Positions 33,007 through 41,556 of a DNA stretch of 50,755 bases are shown in pieces. The notes under the pieces are model-generated. The model was not told the origin of the DNA. It did not search any database and was given only the letters and a program-made list of their open reading frames with translations. The DNA is from a virus (lineage: Duplodnaviria > Heunggongvirae > Uroviricota > Caudoviricetes). How positions within the stretch are numbered: position 1 is the first letter of the stretch; each line of letters begins with the position of its first letter. Made by a program: the position numbers and the translations under genes. The stretch spans positions 1-50,755 of IMG/VR virus record IMGVR_UViG_2908959467_000003. One strand, written 5' to 3'.

Positions 33007-33046
33007 AATACCTTGGGTATTTACACAATAAAATACCTACAGTATT
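33007..33046. promoter_or_regulatory. OL operator sites (same AATAC-N5-GTATT family)
   Basis: AATACCTTGGGTATT (33007..33021) and AATACCTACAGTATT (33032..33046), centres 25 bp apart; degenerate third copy at 32962..32976. Confidence 0.55.
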
Positions 33047-33094
33047 CTTTAGCCATCAGCAGGACGCTGGAAGCCAAACGGAACAGATTGGCAG

Positions 33095-33135
33095 GCTCTT
33101 TAACATTGATGGGATTGTCCCGCCGAAATGCGGGA
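33095..33135 (+). promoter_or_regulatory. nutL-like site (boxA GCTCTTTAACA + boxB hairpin)
   Basis: boxB TCCCGCCGAAATGCGGGA identical to nutR on the other strand. Confidence 0.6.
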
Positions 33136-33242
33136 ACCAAAGAGTAGTTGGCTTTGGGGTGACGTGAAGTGCAGATGCACGACGGCAACCGGAAGATAAG
33201 CACCCGGCGCGTCACCGCCAAAGTCAATCATCGGAGGTCAAC

Positions 33243-33542
33243 ATGACAGTAGTCATTACATATCTGGCTGACGATAACGCCAGAAATCGCCGCAGAGCAC
33301 GCAGACAGGCTCAACGTGAACAGGCAATGCAAGAGCAGCGACTGGCGCGAAAAATTGAGCTAAAGCTCTCTGGTTGCGTCAGAGCAGATAAAGCAGCATC
33401 ACTCGGAAGCCTTCGCTGCAAGAAGGCAGAAGAAGTCGAGCGTAAACAGAACCGTATTTACTACCGCAAGCCACGCAGTGAAATGGGTGTGACTTGTGTT
33501 GGTCGCCAGAAAATGAAATTAGGCAGCAAACCACTTATTTGA
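33243..33542 (+). CDS. N: N-like antiterminator (99 aa)
   Basis: Arginine-rich motif NARNRRRARRQAQ; C-terminus ..RIYYRKPRSEMGVTCVGRQKMKLGSKPLI parallels lambda N. Confidence 0.8.
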   Translation: MTVVITYLADDNARNRRRARRQAQREQAMQEQRLARKIELKLSGCVRADKAASLGSLRCKKAEEVERKQNRIYYRKPRSEMGVTCVGRQKMKLGSKPLI

Positions 33543-33550
33543 GGTGATAT

Positions 33551-33874
33551 ATGGAAGCATTAGTAGTAGAGCGAAGCGAGGATGGCTACTGGACGCACCC
33601 AGAATACGCCAACCTGTTTGGGGATAGAGAGGTAATTTCAGCTGATGAGTTCAGATCTTTCTGCAAGCAGCATGGCATTGAATCATCAATTGTTGAAATG
33701 GAAAACGACAACAATCAAACGGTAATTGACTCGTATTTTGAAGATGGGAATCCAAACATCAGTGGATGGGAGCCAAGCATGCCAGATGGAGAAGGATGGT
33801 TTGTTGGTTCGATTCACGATACAGAAGACGGTCCGATCTGCGTTTGGTTCAGGAATGTAGATAAGGCCGCATAG
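33551..33874 (+). CDS. Hypothetical acidic protein (107 aa)
   Basis: First gene after N; pI clearly acidic; no recognised motif. Confidence 0.45.
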   Translation: MEALVVERSEDGYWTHPEYANLFGDREVISADEFRSFCKQHGIESSIVEMENDNNQTVIDSYFEDGNPNISGWEPSMPDGEGWFVGSIHDTEDGPICVWFRNVDKAA

Positions 33875-33890
33875 TCGGCCTTTATTTTTG
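33864..33890 (+). terminator. Rho-independent terminator (tL1-like)
   Basis: AGGCCG-CATAGT-CGGCCT followed by TTATTTTTG. Confidence 0.55.
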
Positions 33891-33911
33891 GCATAAACAA
33901 CAGAGGTGAAT

Positions 33912-34046
33912 ATGAACGCAGTTGAATTTACAAAATGGATGGCAGAGCAAGATATCACAGGATCCGACGAAAAGGCTGTGTACTACATGGCTCTGCTATG
34001 GATTCACAAAGCAAAAGAGGCTGCAAATGCTCTTGGAGGTGAGTGA
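33912..34046 (+). CDS. Small hypothetical protein (44 aa)
   Basis: ATG with GAGGTG RBS; stop overlaps next start (TGATG). Confidence 0.3.
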   Translation: MNAVEFTKWMAEQDITGSDEKAVYYMALLWIHKAKEAANALGGE

Positions 34047-34246
34047 TGTGCGAGTTTTATGAAGCAGATATCAAACGCCCAGAAATGGCAAGTGATGCAA
34101 CATTACGTGATTACTTCGCGGCAAAGGCTATGCAAGCAATGATTAGCAATCCATCGATTATCGATAATGATTCTGATGGAGCTGTTAATTATGCAGCAAG
34201 CGCTGCATATAAGTTTGCAGACGCAATGCTCAAAGCTCGCGAATAA
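34046..34246 (+). CDS. Hypothetical protein (66 aa)
   Basis: ATG 34046 preceded by GGAGGTGA. Confidence 0.35.
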   Translation: MCEFYEADIKRPEMASDATLRDYFAAKAMQAMISNPSIIDNDSDGAVNYAASAAYKFADAMLKARE

Positions 34247-34341
34247 GCACTGTGTATTCATTCCAACGAGTGAATACACGGAGCAATGTCGCTCGTAACT
34301 AAACAGGAGCCGACTTGTTCTGATTATTGGAAATCTTCTTT

Positions 34342-34368
34342 GCCCTCCAGTGTGAGGGCAATTTTTTT
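34342..34368 (+). terminator. Rho-independent terminator within the PL operon
   Basis: GCCCTC-CAGTGT-GAGGGC followed by AATTTTTTT; preceded by a second 9-bp-stem hairpin at 34252..34279. Confidence 0.5.
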
Positions 34369-34380
34369 GATGGAGGATAT

Positions 34381-35349
34381 ATGAGTGAAGTAACAGATTT
34401 AGTTGTTATTGAAAAATCAAATGCAATGACTGTATTTCAGTCTGCCGACCAGATTGAAGAAATCCTTCAAAAGGTTGAACGTGAAGTTATGTCCTTTGTG
34501 CCTGATATCACCACGGCAAAGGGCAGAAAGGAGATCGCTTCTCTGGCGTATAAAGTTGCGCAGACGAAAACATATCTCGATGGTCTTGGCAAAGACCTTG
34601 TTGCTGAACTGAAGGAAATTCCAAAGCTAATTGATGCCAACCGCAAGACAGTGCGCGATCGCCTTGATGAACTGAAAGCCAAGGCGCGCCAGCCTCTTAC
34701 TGATTATGAGGAAGAACAGGCGCTGATTAAAGCCGAAGAAGAAGCTAAGGCAGCAGCTGAAGCTCTCGCAAAGCAAATTGAGTCTGACCATGAAATAGCG
34801 ATTTTGATGGATCGCGAATTTGACCGCCAAAGAGAAGAGGCAAGACTCAAAGCGGAGCAGGAAAAGCGAGAGCATGAAGAACGCTTAAAAAGAGAAGCTG
34901 AAGAGAAAGCCAGAGCAGAAGCCGAAGCAAAGGCAAAAGCCGAAATTGAAGCAGCAGCAAGGCGAGAAGCAGAAGCTAAGGCCGCAGCGGAACGTGCAGA
35001 GCGTGAACGCATTGAAGCCGAGCAACGAGCACAGCGCGAAGCAAAAGAGGCGGCGGAACGAGCTGAAAGAGAAAAGCATGCGGCAATTGAAGCAGAACGC
35101 AGAAAAGCACAGGAGGAGGCTGAACGAATCCGTCGCGAGGCTGAAGCAAAAGAGCAAGCCAGAATAGCAGAAGAAAAAAGAATCAAGGACGAAGAAGAGC
35201 GTAGAGCAAAAGATAAAGCTCACCGGAAAGAAGTAAATAACAAAATACTTGCTGACCTTATCAAGGTTGGTGCATCAGAAGATGTTGCTAAAAATATCAT
35301 AACAGCCATCGTAAAAGGCGAAGTATTCGCAACAAAAATAACCTACTAA
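34381..35349 (+). CDS. Charged coiled-coil protein (322 aa), unknown function
   Basis: ATG 34381 with GGAGGA RBS; central approximately 150 aa of A/E/K/R repeats; globular ends. Confidence 0.5.
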   Translation: MSEVTDLVVIEKSNAMTVFQSADQIEEILQKVEREVMSFVPDITTAKGRKEIASLAYKVAQTKTYLDGLGKDLVAELKEIPKLIDANRKTVRDRLDELKAKARQPLTDYEEEQALIKAEEEAKAAAEALAKQIESDHEIAILMDREFDRQREEARLKAEQEKREHEERLKREAEEKARAEAEAKAKAEIEAAARREAEAKAAAERAERERIEAEQRAQREAKEAAERAEREKHAAIEAERRKAQEEAERIRREAEAKEQARIAEEKRIKDEEERRAKDKAHRKEVNNKILADLIKVGASEDVAKNIITAIVKGEVFATKITY

Positions 35350-35373
35350 TAAAACCAATATAAGGAACCACCC

Positions 35374-35505
35374 ATGATTTACGCAATCGCGGGAGGCGCT
35401 CGCATGGGTGCCTTCCAACTAAATGAATCTTTACTTGAGCGAATCACCCGTAAATTACGTGACGGATGGAAAAGAGTTGAGGTCTTATTATGCGCAATGA
35501 AATAG
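35374..35505 (+). CDS. Small hypothetical protein (43 aa)
   Basis: ATG with AAGGAA RBS; early-left region. Confidence 0.3.
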   Translation: MIYAIAGGARMGAFQLNESLLERITRKLRDGWKRVEVLLCAMK

Positions 35506-35642
35506 CCATCAATCACCAGATGCTTCGTGCTGCACAGAACAAAGCAGTAATAGCCAGATTTATTGGTGATTCAAAAATGTGGCTTGAAGCAAATAAAGCG
35601 ATGAAATCAGCTATCAACCTTCCGTGGTATCGCAGGAAATGA
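35490..35642 (+). CDS. Small hypothetical protein (50 aa)
   Basis: Overlapping ORF in a different frame. Confidence 0.25.
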   Translation: MRNEIAINHQMLRAAQNKAVIARFIGDSKMWLEANKAMKSAINLPWYRRK

Positions 35643-35809
35643 GTTTTACAGATAACTGGTCAGACGAAGAATTCATTCATCAGATGAAAGAATTAATCGG
35701 TAACGAAGGAGATATTCATGTCACTTGCAACCACAGTGAAGGAGAGCAAGTTACAGAGACGCATGTACACGCAGCAGGCGTTAATGTATCGCCAGAAGGG
35801 AGATCGTGA
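35639..35809 (+). CDS. Small hypothetical acidic protein (56 aa)
   Basis: ATG 35639 (MSFTDNWSDEEF..). Confidence 0.3.
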   Translation: MSFTDNWSDEEFIHQMKELIGNEGDIHVTCNHSEGEQVTETHVHAAGVNVSPEGRS

Positions 35810-35898
35810 AGGTGTTCGCGTATTTTTAAATGCGGCAAAGACTGAAGTATTAAATCAGCGTTATTTCCTTGGGCCGTGTCCATTCTGAGAACAATCAT

Positions 35899-36504
35899 AT
35901 GAGCAAAGAATTTTACGCAAGACTGGCAGCTATTCAGGAGAATCTGAACGCGCCAAAGAATCAGTACAACTCATTCGGCAAATATAAATACAGAAGCTGC
36001 GAAGACATTCTTGAAGGCGTTAAGCCGTTACTGAATGGCCTGTTTTTATCAATCAGCGATGAAGTTGTGTTGATTGGTGATCGGTATTACGTGAAAGCCA
36101 CGGCAACTATTACTGATGGCGAAAACAGTCATACAGCAACCGCTCTTGCACGAGAGGAAGAAAGCAAGAAAGGAATGGATTCTGCACAAGTTACGGGAGC
36201 TACAAGCTCTTATGCACGCAAGTATTGCCTCAATGGTTTGTTCGGCATTGATGATGCGAAAGATGCAGATACAGACGAGCATAAACATCAGCAGAACGCA
36301 GCAGCAAAGCAATCAAAACCATCACCTACACCTGAACAGGTTCTAAAAGCATTCACTGACGCAGCAATGCAGAAAAACACCGTGGAAGAGCTTAAACAGG
36401 CGTTCGCCAAAGCGTGGAAGATGCTCGAAGGCACACCGGAGCAGCACAAAGCGCAGGACGTTTACAACATCAGACGAGACGAATTAGAAGGAGCGGCTGC
36501 TTAA
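35899..36504 (+). CDS. erf: Erf single-strand annealing recombinase (201 aa)
   Basis: MSKEFYARLAAIQENLNAPKNQYNSFGKYKYRSCEDILEGVKPLL.. matches recalled P22 Erf; start at internal ATG. Confidence 0.85.
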   Translation: MSKEFYARLAAIQENLNAPKNQYNSFGKYKYRSCEDILEGVKPLLNGLFLSISDEVVLIGDRYYVKATATITDGENSHTATALAREEESKKGMDSAQVTGATSSYARKYCLNGLFGIDDAKDADTDEHKHQQNAAAKQSKPSPTPEQVLKAFTDAAMQKNTVEELKQAFAKAWKMLEGTPEQHKAQDVYNIRRDELEGAAA

Positions 36505-36887
36505 TGGCACATTCGATTACTGTAAGGCTAAACAAGCCCGCAAGAGAGTTTCAGGCCGGGGAAAATATCGGATTCAACATCCGTGCTGGCGTTCAGTATT
36601 ACGATCGCCAGACAAAAAAGAAAGAATGGACAAACTACAGCGCCGTTGTATTTGCCAAGCCGGGAGCGCAAGCGGATTACTACCGTAGTGTTCTTGTTGA
36701 AGGTGGCATTGTAGAAATTACCGGAGAAAACATCAGGGTTGATGTTTATCAGGGGCAAAATGGTCAATCAATCACTCTTGAATTACTGAATGCAAAGATT
36801 GGATTTGCAGCTTCAGGAAATGGCTCGCAGCAGCAAAGTAGTAACCAGCAGAACACTCCTGTATACGACGATTCCATCCCATTCTGA
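36504..36887 (+). CDS. SSB-like single-stranded DNA-binding protein (127 aa)
   Basis: OB-fold-like pattern and SSB-type acidic tail ..VYDDSIPF; start overlaps erf stop (TAATG). Confidence 0.65.
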   Translation: MAHSITVRLNKPAREFQAGENIGFNIRAGVQYYDRQTKKKEWTNYSAVVFAKPGAQADYYRSVLVEGGIVEITGENIRVDVYQGQNGQSITLELLNAKIGFAASGNGSQQQSSNQQNTPVYDDSIPF

Positions 36888-36910
36888 TTCAGAAAAATAA
36901 GGATTCCATT

Positions 36911-37207
36911 ATGCCAGCGCCTCTGCATGGTGCGGATGACCCGCGCCGCTGTTCCGGCAATTCCGTATCGGAGGTGCTGGATAAATTCAGGAAAAACTAC
37001 GACCGGATAATGTCGCTACCGCAGGAAACGAAAGAGGAAAAGGAATTTCGCCATTGTATATGGCTTGCAGAGAAAGAAGAACGCGAGCGAATTTACCAGA
37101 CATCAATCCGACCATTCCGCAAAGCCACATATACCCACTTCCCTGAATATATCGACCCACGCCTGCGTAATTACTTCTCACGCTATGGCGCTATCAGTAA
37201 TGACTGA
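36911..37207 (+). CDS. Hypothetical protein (98 aa)
   Basis: Early-left ORF, no motif recognised. Confidence 0.4.
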   Translation: MPAPLHGADDPRRCSGNSVSEVLDKFRKNYDRIMSLPQETKEEKEFRHCIWLAEKEERERIYQTSIRPFRKATYTHFPEYIDPRLRNYFSRYGAISND

Positions 37208-37217
37208 GGAATTTACA

Positions 37218-37382
37218 ATGAGAGGACTTGCATACAATCCCGGCATTCTTCCGGCAGAAATGATTATTCGCCAACGCGTAAAGCCAATGCCATCGAGAGA
37301 GGAATTGCTTAAGAGAAATTCTTTTCCATCAGTGAATCAAAACAAATATCTGAATGCGATGTGGCGGAGTGGGAAGAAATGA
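37218..37382 (+). CDS. Small hypothetical protein (54 aa)
   Basis: ATG with GAGGAA RBS. Confidence 0.3.
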   Translation: MRGLAYNPGILPAEMIIRQRVKPMPSREELLKRNSFPSVNQNKYLNAMWRSGKK

Positions 37383-37402
37383 AACAAATGTAACTAATTG
37401 AG

Positions 37403-37810
37403 ATGGATGGTTTTCTGAAAGGTAAATGCTTCCCACGAGATTTAAAGGTTAACGAAACAAACGCTGAATATCTGGTGCGTAAGTTCGGTGAGCTTGAATC
37501 AAAACTGGAAACGGCGTTGCGGGAGTGTCGTTCTGCTGGAATCACGATTGATAACCTTGAGGCTAAATGCGCGAAGATGGCTGCAGAAAATACCTCGCTT
37601 AAGCAATCTGAGAAGGAATTTAATGACTTTTGTCGTGAGGAGTTTGGCGAATGGGAAGATGATGTTACTGAAACCCCAGCCACCGATGCTTTCCTGGCTG
37701 AAGTACGGGCGCAGGGGGTAGAGATGTTTGCTGACCATCTGTTGTGCCCAGACCTTGATGACACTATCCGTGACTTTGCTGCCCAGCTTCGCAAAGGAGG
37801 CAACCAGTGA
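37403..37810 (+). CDS. Hypothetical protein (135 aa)
   Basis: Early-left ORF. Confidence 0.4.
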   Translation: MDGFLKGKCFPRDLKVNETNAEYLVRKFGELESKLETALRECRSAGITIDNLEAKCAKMAAENTSLKQSEKEFNDFCREEFGEWEDDVTETPATDAFLAEVRAQGVEMFADHLLCPDLDDTIRDFAAQLRKGGNQ

Positions 37811-37974
37811 GCGAAATTAATTACCAGGCACTGCGTGAGGTGGCGGAACGTGCAATTCCAGCAATGGAACGCCTGTTAATGTTGCCAGATGATGATGATT
37901 TGTTAAGTGAACAGGAACTTAAAGATTACGGTGTGGATATTGATGCGCTCAACGCCTTCAAATTTCTGACCTGA
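37807..37974 (+). CDS. Small hypothetical acidic protein (55 aa, GTG start)
   Basis: GTG preceded by AAGGAGG 7 nt upstream. Confidence 0.3.
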   Translation: MSEINYQALREVAERAIPAMERLLMLPDDDDLLSEQELKDYGVDIDALNAFKFLT

Positions 37975-37983
37975 CCAGAAACC

Positions 37984-38517
37984 GTGCTGGCGCTGCTGGA
38001 TGAGCTGGAAAGAAACCAGCAATACATCAAACGCCGCGACCAGGAGAACGAGGATATTGCGCTTACGGTTGGGAAGCTGCGCGTTGAGCTTGAAGCAGCA
38101 GAGAACAACCTTATTGATAGTGAATGCCATGTTGCTGAACTGGAAGAAGCGCTACGCGATAAGCAGGCGTTACTTGAAGCCTCTGAAAAGCGCAACGCAA
38201 AATTACAAAGCGAGAATGCATACATCCGCAACCGGTTCAAAGAACTGGACCTGTTAATCGGGAAAAACATTCTGGTCATGCAGGCTGCCATTATCGAATG
38301 GCAGGCAACTGGCGACGCTAAGAGCGGACTGGCATGGATTTATAACACACTGTTTGGCCCTGGCGAATTACCGGACGAATCTGAGAAAGATGCTCAGGCC
38401 TACTTTAATCGCAAATATGCACCGATTGACGAAAAGCTTATGGCGCTTCACAAGTGGTTTTGGGAACAAAGTGAAGCCGAGCGCGCCGCCGCCAACATTG
38501 GTGTGAAGGGGAAGTGA
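37984..38517 (+). CDS. Hypothetical coiled-coil protein (177 aa; start uncertain)
   Basis: Heptad-rich N-terminal half; the track start is a non-ATG codon with no good RBS. Confidence 0.4.
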   Translation: MLALLDELERNQQYIKRRDQENEDIALTVGKLRVELEAAENNLIDSECHVAELEEALRDKQALLEASEKRNAKLQSENAYIRNRFKELDLLIGKNILVMQAAIIEWQATGDAKSGLAWIYNTLFGPGELPDESEKDAQAYFNRKYAPIDEKLMALHKWFWEQSEAERAAANIGVKGK

Positions 38518-38518
38518 G

Positions 38519-38710
38519 ATGAACGGACAAATCTCAATTGTTCGACCGGGAGCATGTGACGATCGCGAGATACGCATGATTATTCGTCTGGCGATGGGGA
38601 AAACAATAACTGTTCTCATTACTCCTGAAAATCTCGCATTAGCATTAACAGGAAAGTCAGACCTTCCAGTAGAGCTAAAGCTGCGAAATATTGAGATTAA
38701 AGTGAAATAG
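38519..38710 (+). CDS. Hypothetical protein (63 aa)
   Basis: ATG with GAAGGGGAAG RBS. Confidence 0.4.
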   Translation: MNGQISIVRPGACDDREIRMIIRLAMGKTITVLITPENLALALTGKSDLPVELKLRNIEIKVK

Positions 38711-38712
38711 TT

Positions 38713-39099
38713 ATGAATACTCTTACCAAAGAATGGTTACAGAACACGATTACCAGCATTGAGTCAGCACGGGATGAAATACCGTTCGGACTCGATGAAG
38801 ATCAAAACAACATGCTTACCGCATTAAAAATTGCACTGGCATCACTGGGAGCAGAACCAGTTGCTTATATTTTCAAACATCCGGCCGGGAAATTATTCTG
38901 GGCTTTAACGGATGAAAGCAATAAAGATCAATCGGACGTTATTCCTGTTTATGCCGCCCCTCCAGTGCCAGTAGTACCTGAAGAAAAACCAATGCCTAAC
39001 CCTCTTAAAATGTACGCGGTCGATGCTGTTGCCGCTATTGCAGAGGTGAGAGGCTGGAACTCCTGCCGCGCCGCCATGCTTAAGGGAGATAAATCATGA
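38713..39099 (+). CDS. Hypothetical protein (128 aa)
   Basis: Early-left ORF; proline-rich linker. Confidence 0.4.
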   Translation: MNTLTKEWLQNTITSIESARDEIPFGLDEDQNNMLTALKIALASLGAEPVAYIFKHPAGKLFWALTDESNKDQSDVIPVYAAPPVPVVPEEKPMPNPLKMYAVDAVAAIAEVRGWNSCRAAMLKGDKS

Positions 39100-39377
39100 T
39101 TAATCGTACCAAGCTGGAGCACATCCTCGAATATGCCAGACAGCAGAGGCGCTTTGGTCAGCATTGCAAAATTCCGCCAGGAGATATGGTTGAAATCGTG
39201 GAGATTGCCATGCGCAAGGCTGGCAACTCTCCGGTAACTCCGGATGGCTATGCGGACATGCTGCAGCGCTGGCTGGTGTTTGGGATAGGCATGCTAAAAG
39301 CGGGTAGCCAGTTACCACGAAATCTAATCGCTGAAACCAAAGCCATGGTTGCAGCATTACAGCAGGAGGATGAATGA
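39096..39377 (+). CDS. Hypothetical protein (93 aa)
   Basis: ATG with AAGGGAGA RBS. Confidence 0.4.
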   Translation: MINRTKLEHILEYARQQRRFGQHCKIPPGDMVEIVEIAMRKAGNSPVTPDGYADMLQRWLVFGIGMLKAGSQLPRNLIAETKAMVAALQQEDE

Positions 39378-39604
39378 TGAGACGCTCAAGTTGGGATGCT
39401 CGCCTTGATAAGCGCATGAATATCGAGAAGCTAGAAGAACAAGGTCTTATCGCTGACAGTATGGAAGTTAGAAGGAGTCTTGTTGAACGAGTTATGAGAG
39501 GAGAAATAACTCCAGAGCAGTCCAGGGAAGAACTGAAACGGATTCAGAGAAATGCCAAGCGCAATGGACTTAAAACCAGAAACCAGGCATGGAGAGAAGG
39601 TTGA
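39374..39604 (+). CDS. Hypothetical basic protein (76 aa)
   Basis: Last sizeable gene of the early-left operon. Confidence 0.4.
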   Translation: MMRRSSWDARLDKRMNIEKLEEQGLIADSMEVRRSLVERVMRGEITPEQSREELKRIQRNAKRNGLKTRNQAWREG

Positions 39605-39637
39605 TGGCTAAATCCGCAGCAGAACGCAACTAACAAA

Positions 39638-39692
39638 CCTCGCACCGTCGAGGTTTTCTTTTATCTGAACTCGCTACGGCGAGTTTTGTTTT
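39638..39692 (+). terminator. Tandem terminator hairpins at the end of the early-left operon
   Basis: CCTCG-CACCGT-CGAGG + TTTTCTTTT, then AACTCGC-TACG-GCGAGTT + TTGTTTT. Confidence 0.5.
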
Positions 39693-39705
39693 ATGGAGAT
39701 GATAA

Positions 39706-39873
39706 ATGCACTTCCGAGTCACAGGTGAATGGAATGGAGAACCATTCAACAGAGTTATCGAAGCAGAGAACATCAACGACTGCTATGACCACTGGATGAT
39801 ATGGGCGCAGATAGCACATGCAGACGTAACCAATATTCGAATTGAAGAACTGAAAGAACACCAAGCCGCCTGA
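39706..39873 (+). CDS. Small hypothetical protein (55 aa) bracketed by terminators
   Basis: ATG with GGAGATGA RBS. Confidence 0.35.
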   Translation: MHFRVTGEWNGEPFNRVIEAENINDCYDHWMIWAQIAHADVTNIRIEELKEHQAA

Positions 39874-39888
39874 TGGCGGTTTTTTTAT
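39865..39888 (+). terminator. Rho-independent terminator
   Basis: GCCGCC-TGAT-GGCGGT followed by T7. Confidence 0.55.
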
Positions 39889-39896
39889 TACCTGAT

Positions 39897-39912
39897 TTGC
39901 AGGTTCGATTCC
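39897..39912 (+). other. 16-nt match to the T-arm region of tRNA-Arg (argW): TTGCAGGTTCGATTCC
   Basis: Sequence read directly; argW comparison is from memory. tRNA similarity stops on both sides, so not a tRNA gene. Confidence 0.55.
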
Positions 39913-39931
39913 CTATTCGGAGATAGCACTC

Positions 39932-40132
39932 ATGCAACACGAACTACAACCTGATTCACTGGTTGATTTGAAATTCATCATGGCCGATACTGGCTTCGGT
40001 AAAACCTTCATCTATGACCGGATTAAGTCCGGCGACCTGCCTAAAGCCAAAGTTATCCACGGGCGAGCAAGATGGTTATATCGTGACCATTGTGAATTCA
40101 AAAATAAGCTCTTAAGCCGCGCCAATGGGTAA
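39932..40132 (+). CDS. torI: Excisionase / recombination directionality factor, TorI/AlpA-like (66 aa)
   Basis: 66-aa winged-helix-type protein (..IMADTGFGKTFIYDRIKSGDLPKAKV..RARWLYRD..) between the two argW-like segments. Confidence 0.65.
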   Translation: MQHELQPDSLVDLKFIMADTGFGKTFIYDRIKSGDLPKAKVIHGRARWLYRDHCEFKNKLLSRANG

Positions 40133-40205
40133 AATAGCGGGTAAAATTTTTTTCACATCTAAAAAACACCATTCCAATCAATCCCCTGCCGCTTCAAGTA
40201 GATGT

Positions 40206-40220
40206 CTGCAGGGGACACCA
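40206..40220 (+). other. Putative att core: 15-nt match to the 3' terminus of argW (CTGCAGGGGACACCA)
   Basis: Exact 3'-terminal tRNA-Arg sequence including CCA; no tRNA body upstream; 160 bp upstream of the second integrase. Confidence 0.6.
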
Positions 40221-40380
40221 TGAACACTTCTCACTAAGTCCAATTAATTCCATAACTCACTGTTTTAACTGATATCATCTCCTTATACTCGTCCAGCAAA
40301 GTACCATTATTTCTAATGGAATCTATACATCTTTGCGTATAACATTGTGTATAACTGAGTTCGATCTTTTTTCTATACAC

Positions 40381-41556
40381 ATGCTGCTATCTGACATCCA
40401 AATAAAAAGAGCAAAACCGAAGGACAAACCCTATACGCTTAACGATGGTATGGGGCTATCACTCCTGATCGACACAGCGGGCAGTAAAGGCTGGCGTTTT
40501 CGCTATCGCTTTGCAGGTAAGCCTAAGATGATTTCCTTTGGCGTATATGGCGATGTGTCGTTGGCACAGGCACGTACCAAACGTGATGAAGCGCGTTCGA
40601 TGTTAGCCAAAGGGATAAACCCAAGTGAAGCCAGAAAAGCAGATAAGATTGCTTTGCAGTTCGCGCATGAGAACAGCTTTGAGTCTGTGGCCAGAGAATG
40701 GCACTCATCGAAAAAAGCCACCTGGTCAGAGGGTTATGCAAAAGAGGTTCTCAATTGTATGGAAAAGGATATTTTTCCTTTTATCGGCCAGCGCCCAATT
40801 GAGCAGATTGAACCATTAGAACTGCTAACCGTCCTGCAAAAAATAGAGAAAAGAGGTGCGCTAGAGCAAACCAGTAAGATCCGCCGCCGCTGTGGTGAAG
40901 TGCTTCGTTATGCTGTTGCCACTGGTAGAGCAAAGTATAATTTTGCACCCGATTTAGCTATCGCACTCAACAAACCTAAAACCCAACACTTCCCGTTCCT
41001 GACTGAAAGCGAGTTGCCCGAGTTCGTTAATGCTCTGGATAACTATCAGGGCAGTTTAGTTACCAAATACGCCACGCAGCTGTTGATGCTAACAGGCGTG
41101 CGAACAATTGAACTACGTGCAGCGGAATGGGCTGAGTTTGATTTAGATAATGCCTTATGGGAGATCCCCAAAGAACGGATGAAGAAACGCCGCCCCCATC
41201 TGGTTCCGTTATCAACTCAGGCGATCAATATCCTGAAAAAGCTGCAAGAAATAACAGGGAATTACAGCCTCGTTTTCCCTGGCCGAAATGACGTCAGGAA
41301 ACCAATGAGCGAAGCCAGCATCAACAAAGTGATAAAACTACTGGGTTATCACGGTCGGTTAACGGGTCACGGTTTCAGGCATACCATGAGCACCATCTTG
41401 CATGAGCATGGGTTTGAAAGTGCCTGGATTGAAATGCAGCTTGCGCATGTTGATAAGAACTCTATTCGAGGTACTTACAATCATGCGCAATATATTAAAG
41501 ATCGACAAGTAATGATGGAATGGTACGCTAGCTTATTAAATACGACCTGCTATTAA
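40381..41556 (+). CDS. Tyrosine integrase, P4 family (391 aa)
   Basis: MLLSDIQIKRAKPKDKPYTLNDGMGL.., ..RRRCGEVLRYAVATGRAKYNFAPDLA.., ..HGFRHTMST..; paralogous to the int at 1..1158. Confidence 0.85.
   Translation: MLLSDIQIKRAKPKDKPYTLNDGMGLSLLIDTAGSKGWRFRYRFAGKPKMISFGVYGDVSLAQARTKRDEARSMLAKGINPSEARKADKIALQFAHENSFESVAREWHSSKKATWSEGYAKEVLNCMEKDIFPFIGQRPIEQIEPLELLTVLQKIEKRGALEQTSKIRRRCGEVLRYAVATGRAKYNFAPDLAIALNKPKTQHFPFLTESELPEFVNALDNYQGSLVTKYATQLLMLTGVRTIELRAAEWAEFDLDNALWEIPKERMKKRRPHLVPLSTQAINILKKLQEITGNYSLVFPGRNDVRKPMSEASINKVIKLLGYHGRLTGHGFRHTMSTILHEHGFESAWIEMQLAHVDKNSIRGTYNHAQYIKDRQVMMEWYASLLNTTCY

Noticed and set aside
34467-35223. Minus-strand ORFs (71-160 aa) inside the coiled-coil gene, rich in S/A/C/F
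   Set aside because: Low-complexity artefacts of the repetitive GAA/GCA-rich coding sequence on the other strand.
39897-39912. Possible tRNA gene (GGTTCGATTCC T-loop motif)
   Set aside because: Only 16 nt match a tRNA; no acceptor stem, anticodon arm or CCA. Same for 40206..40220, which has the CCA end but no tRNA body.
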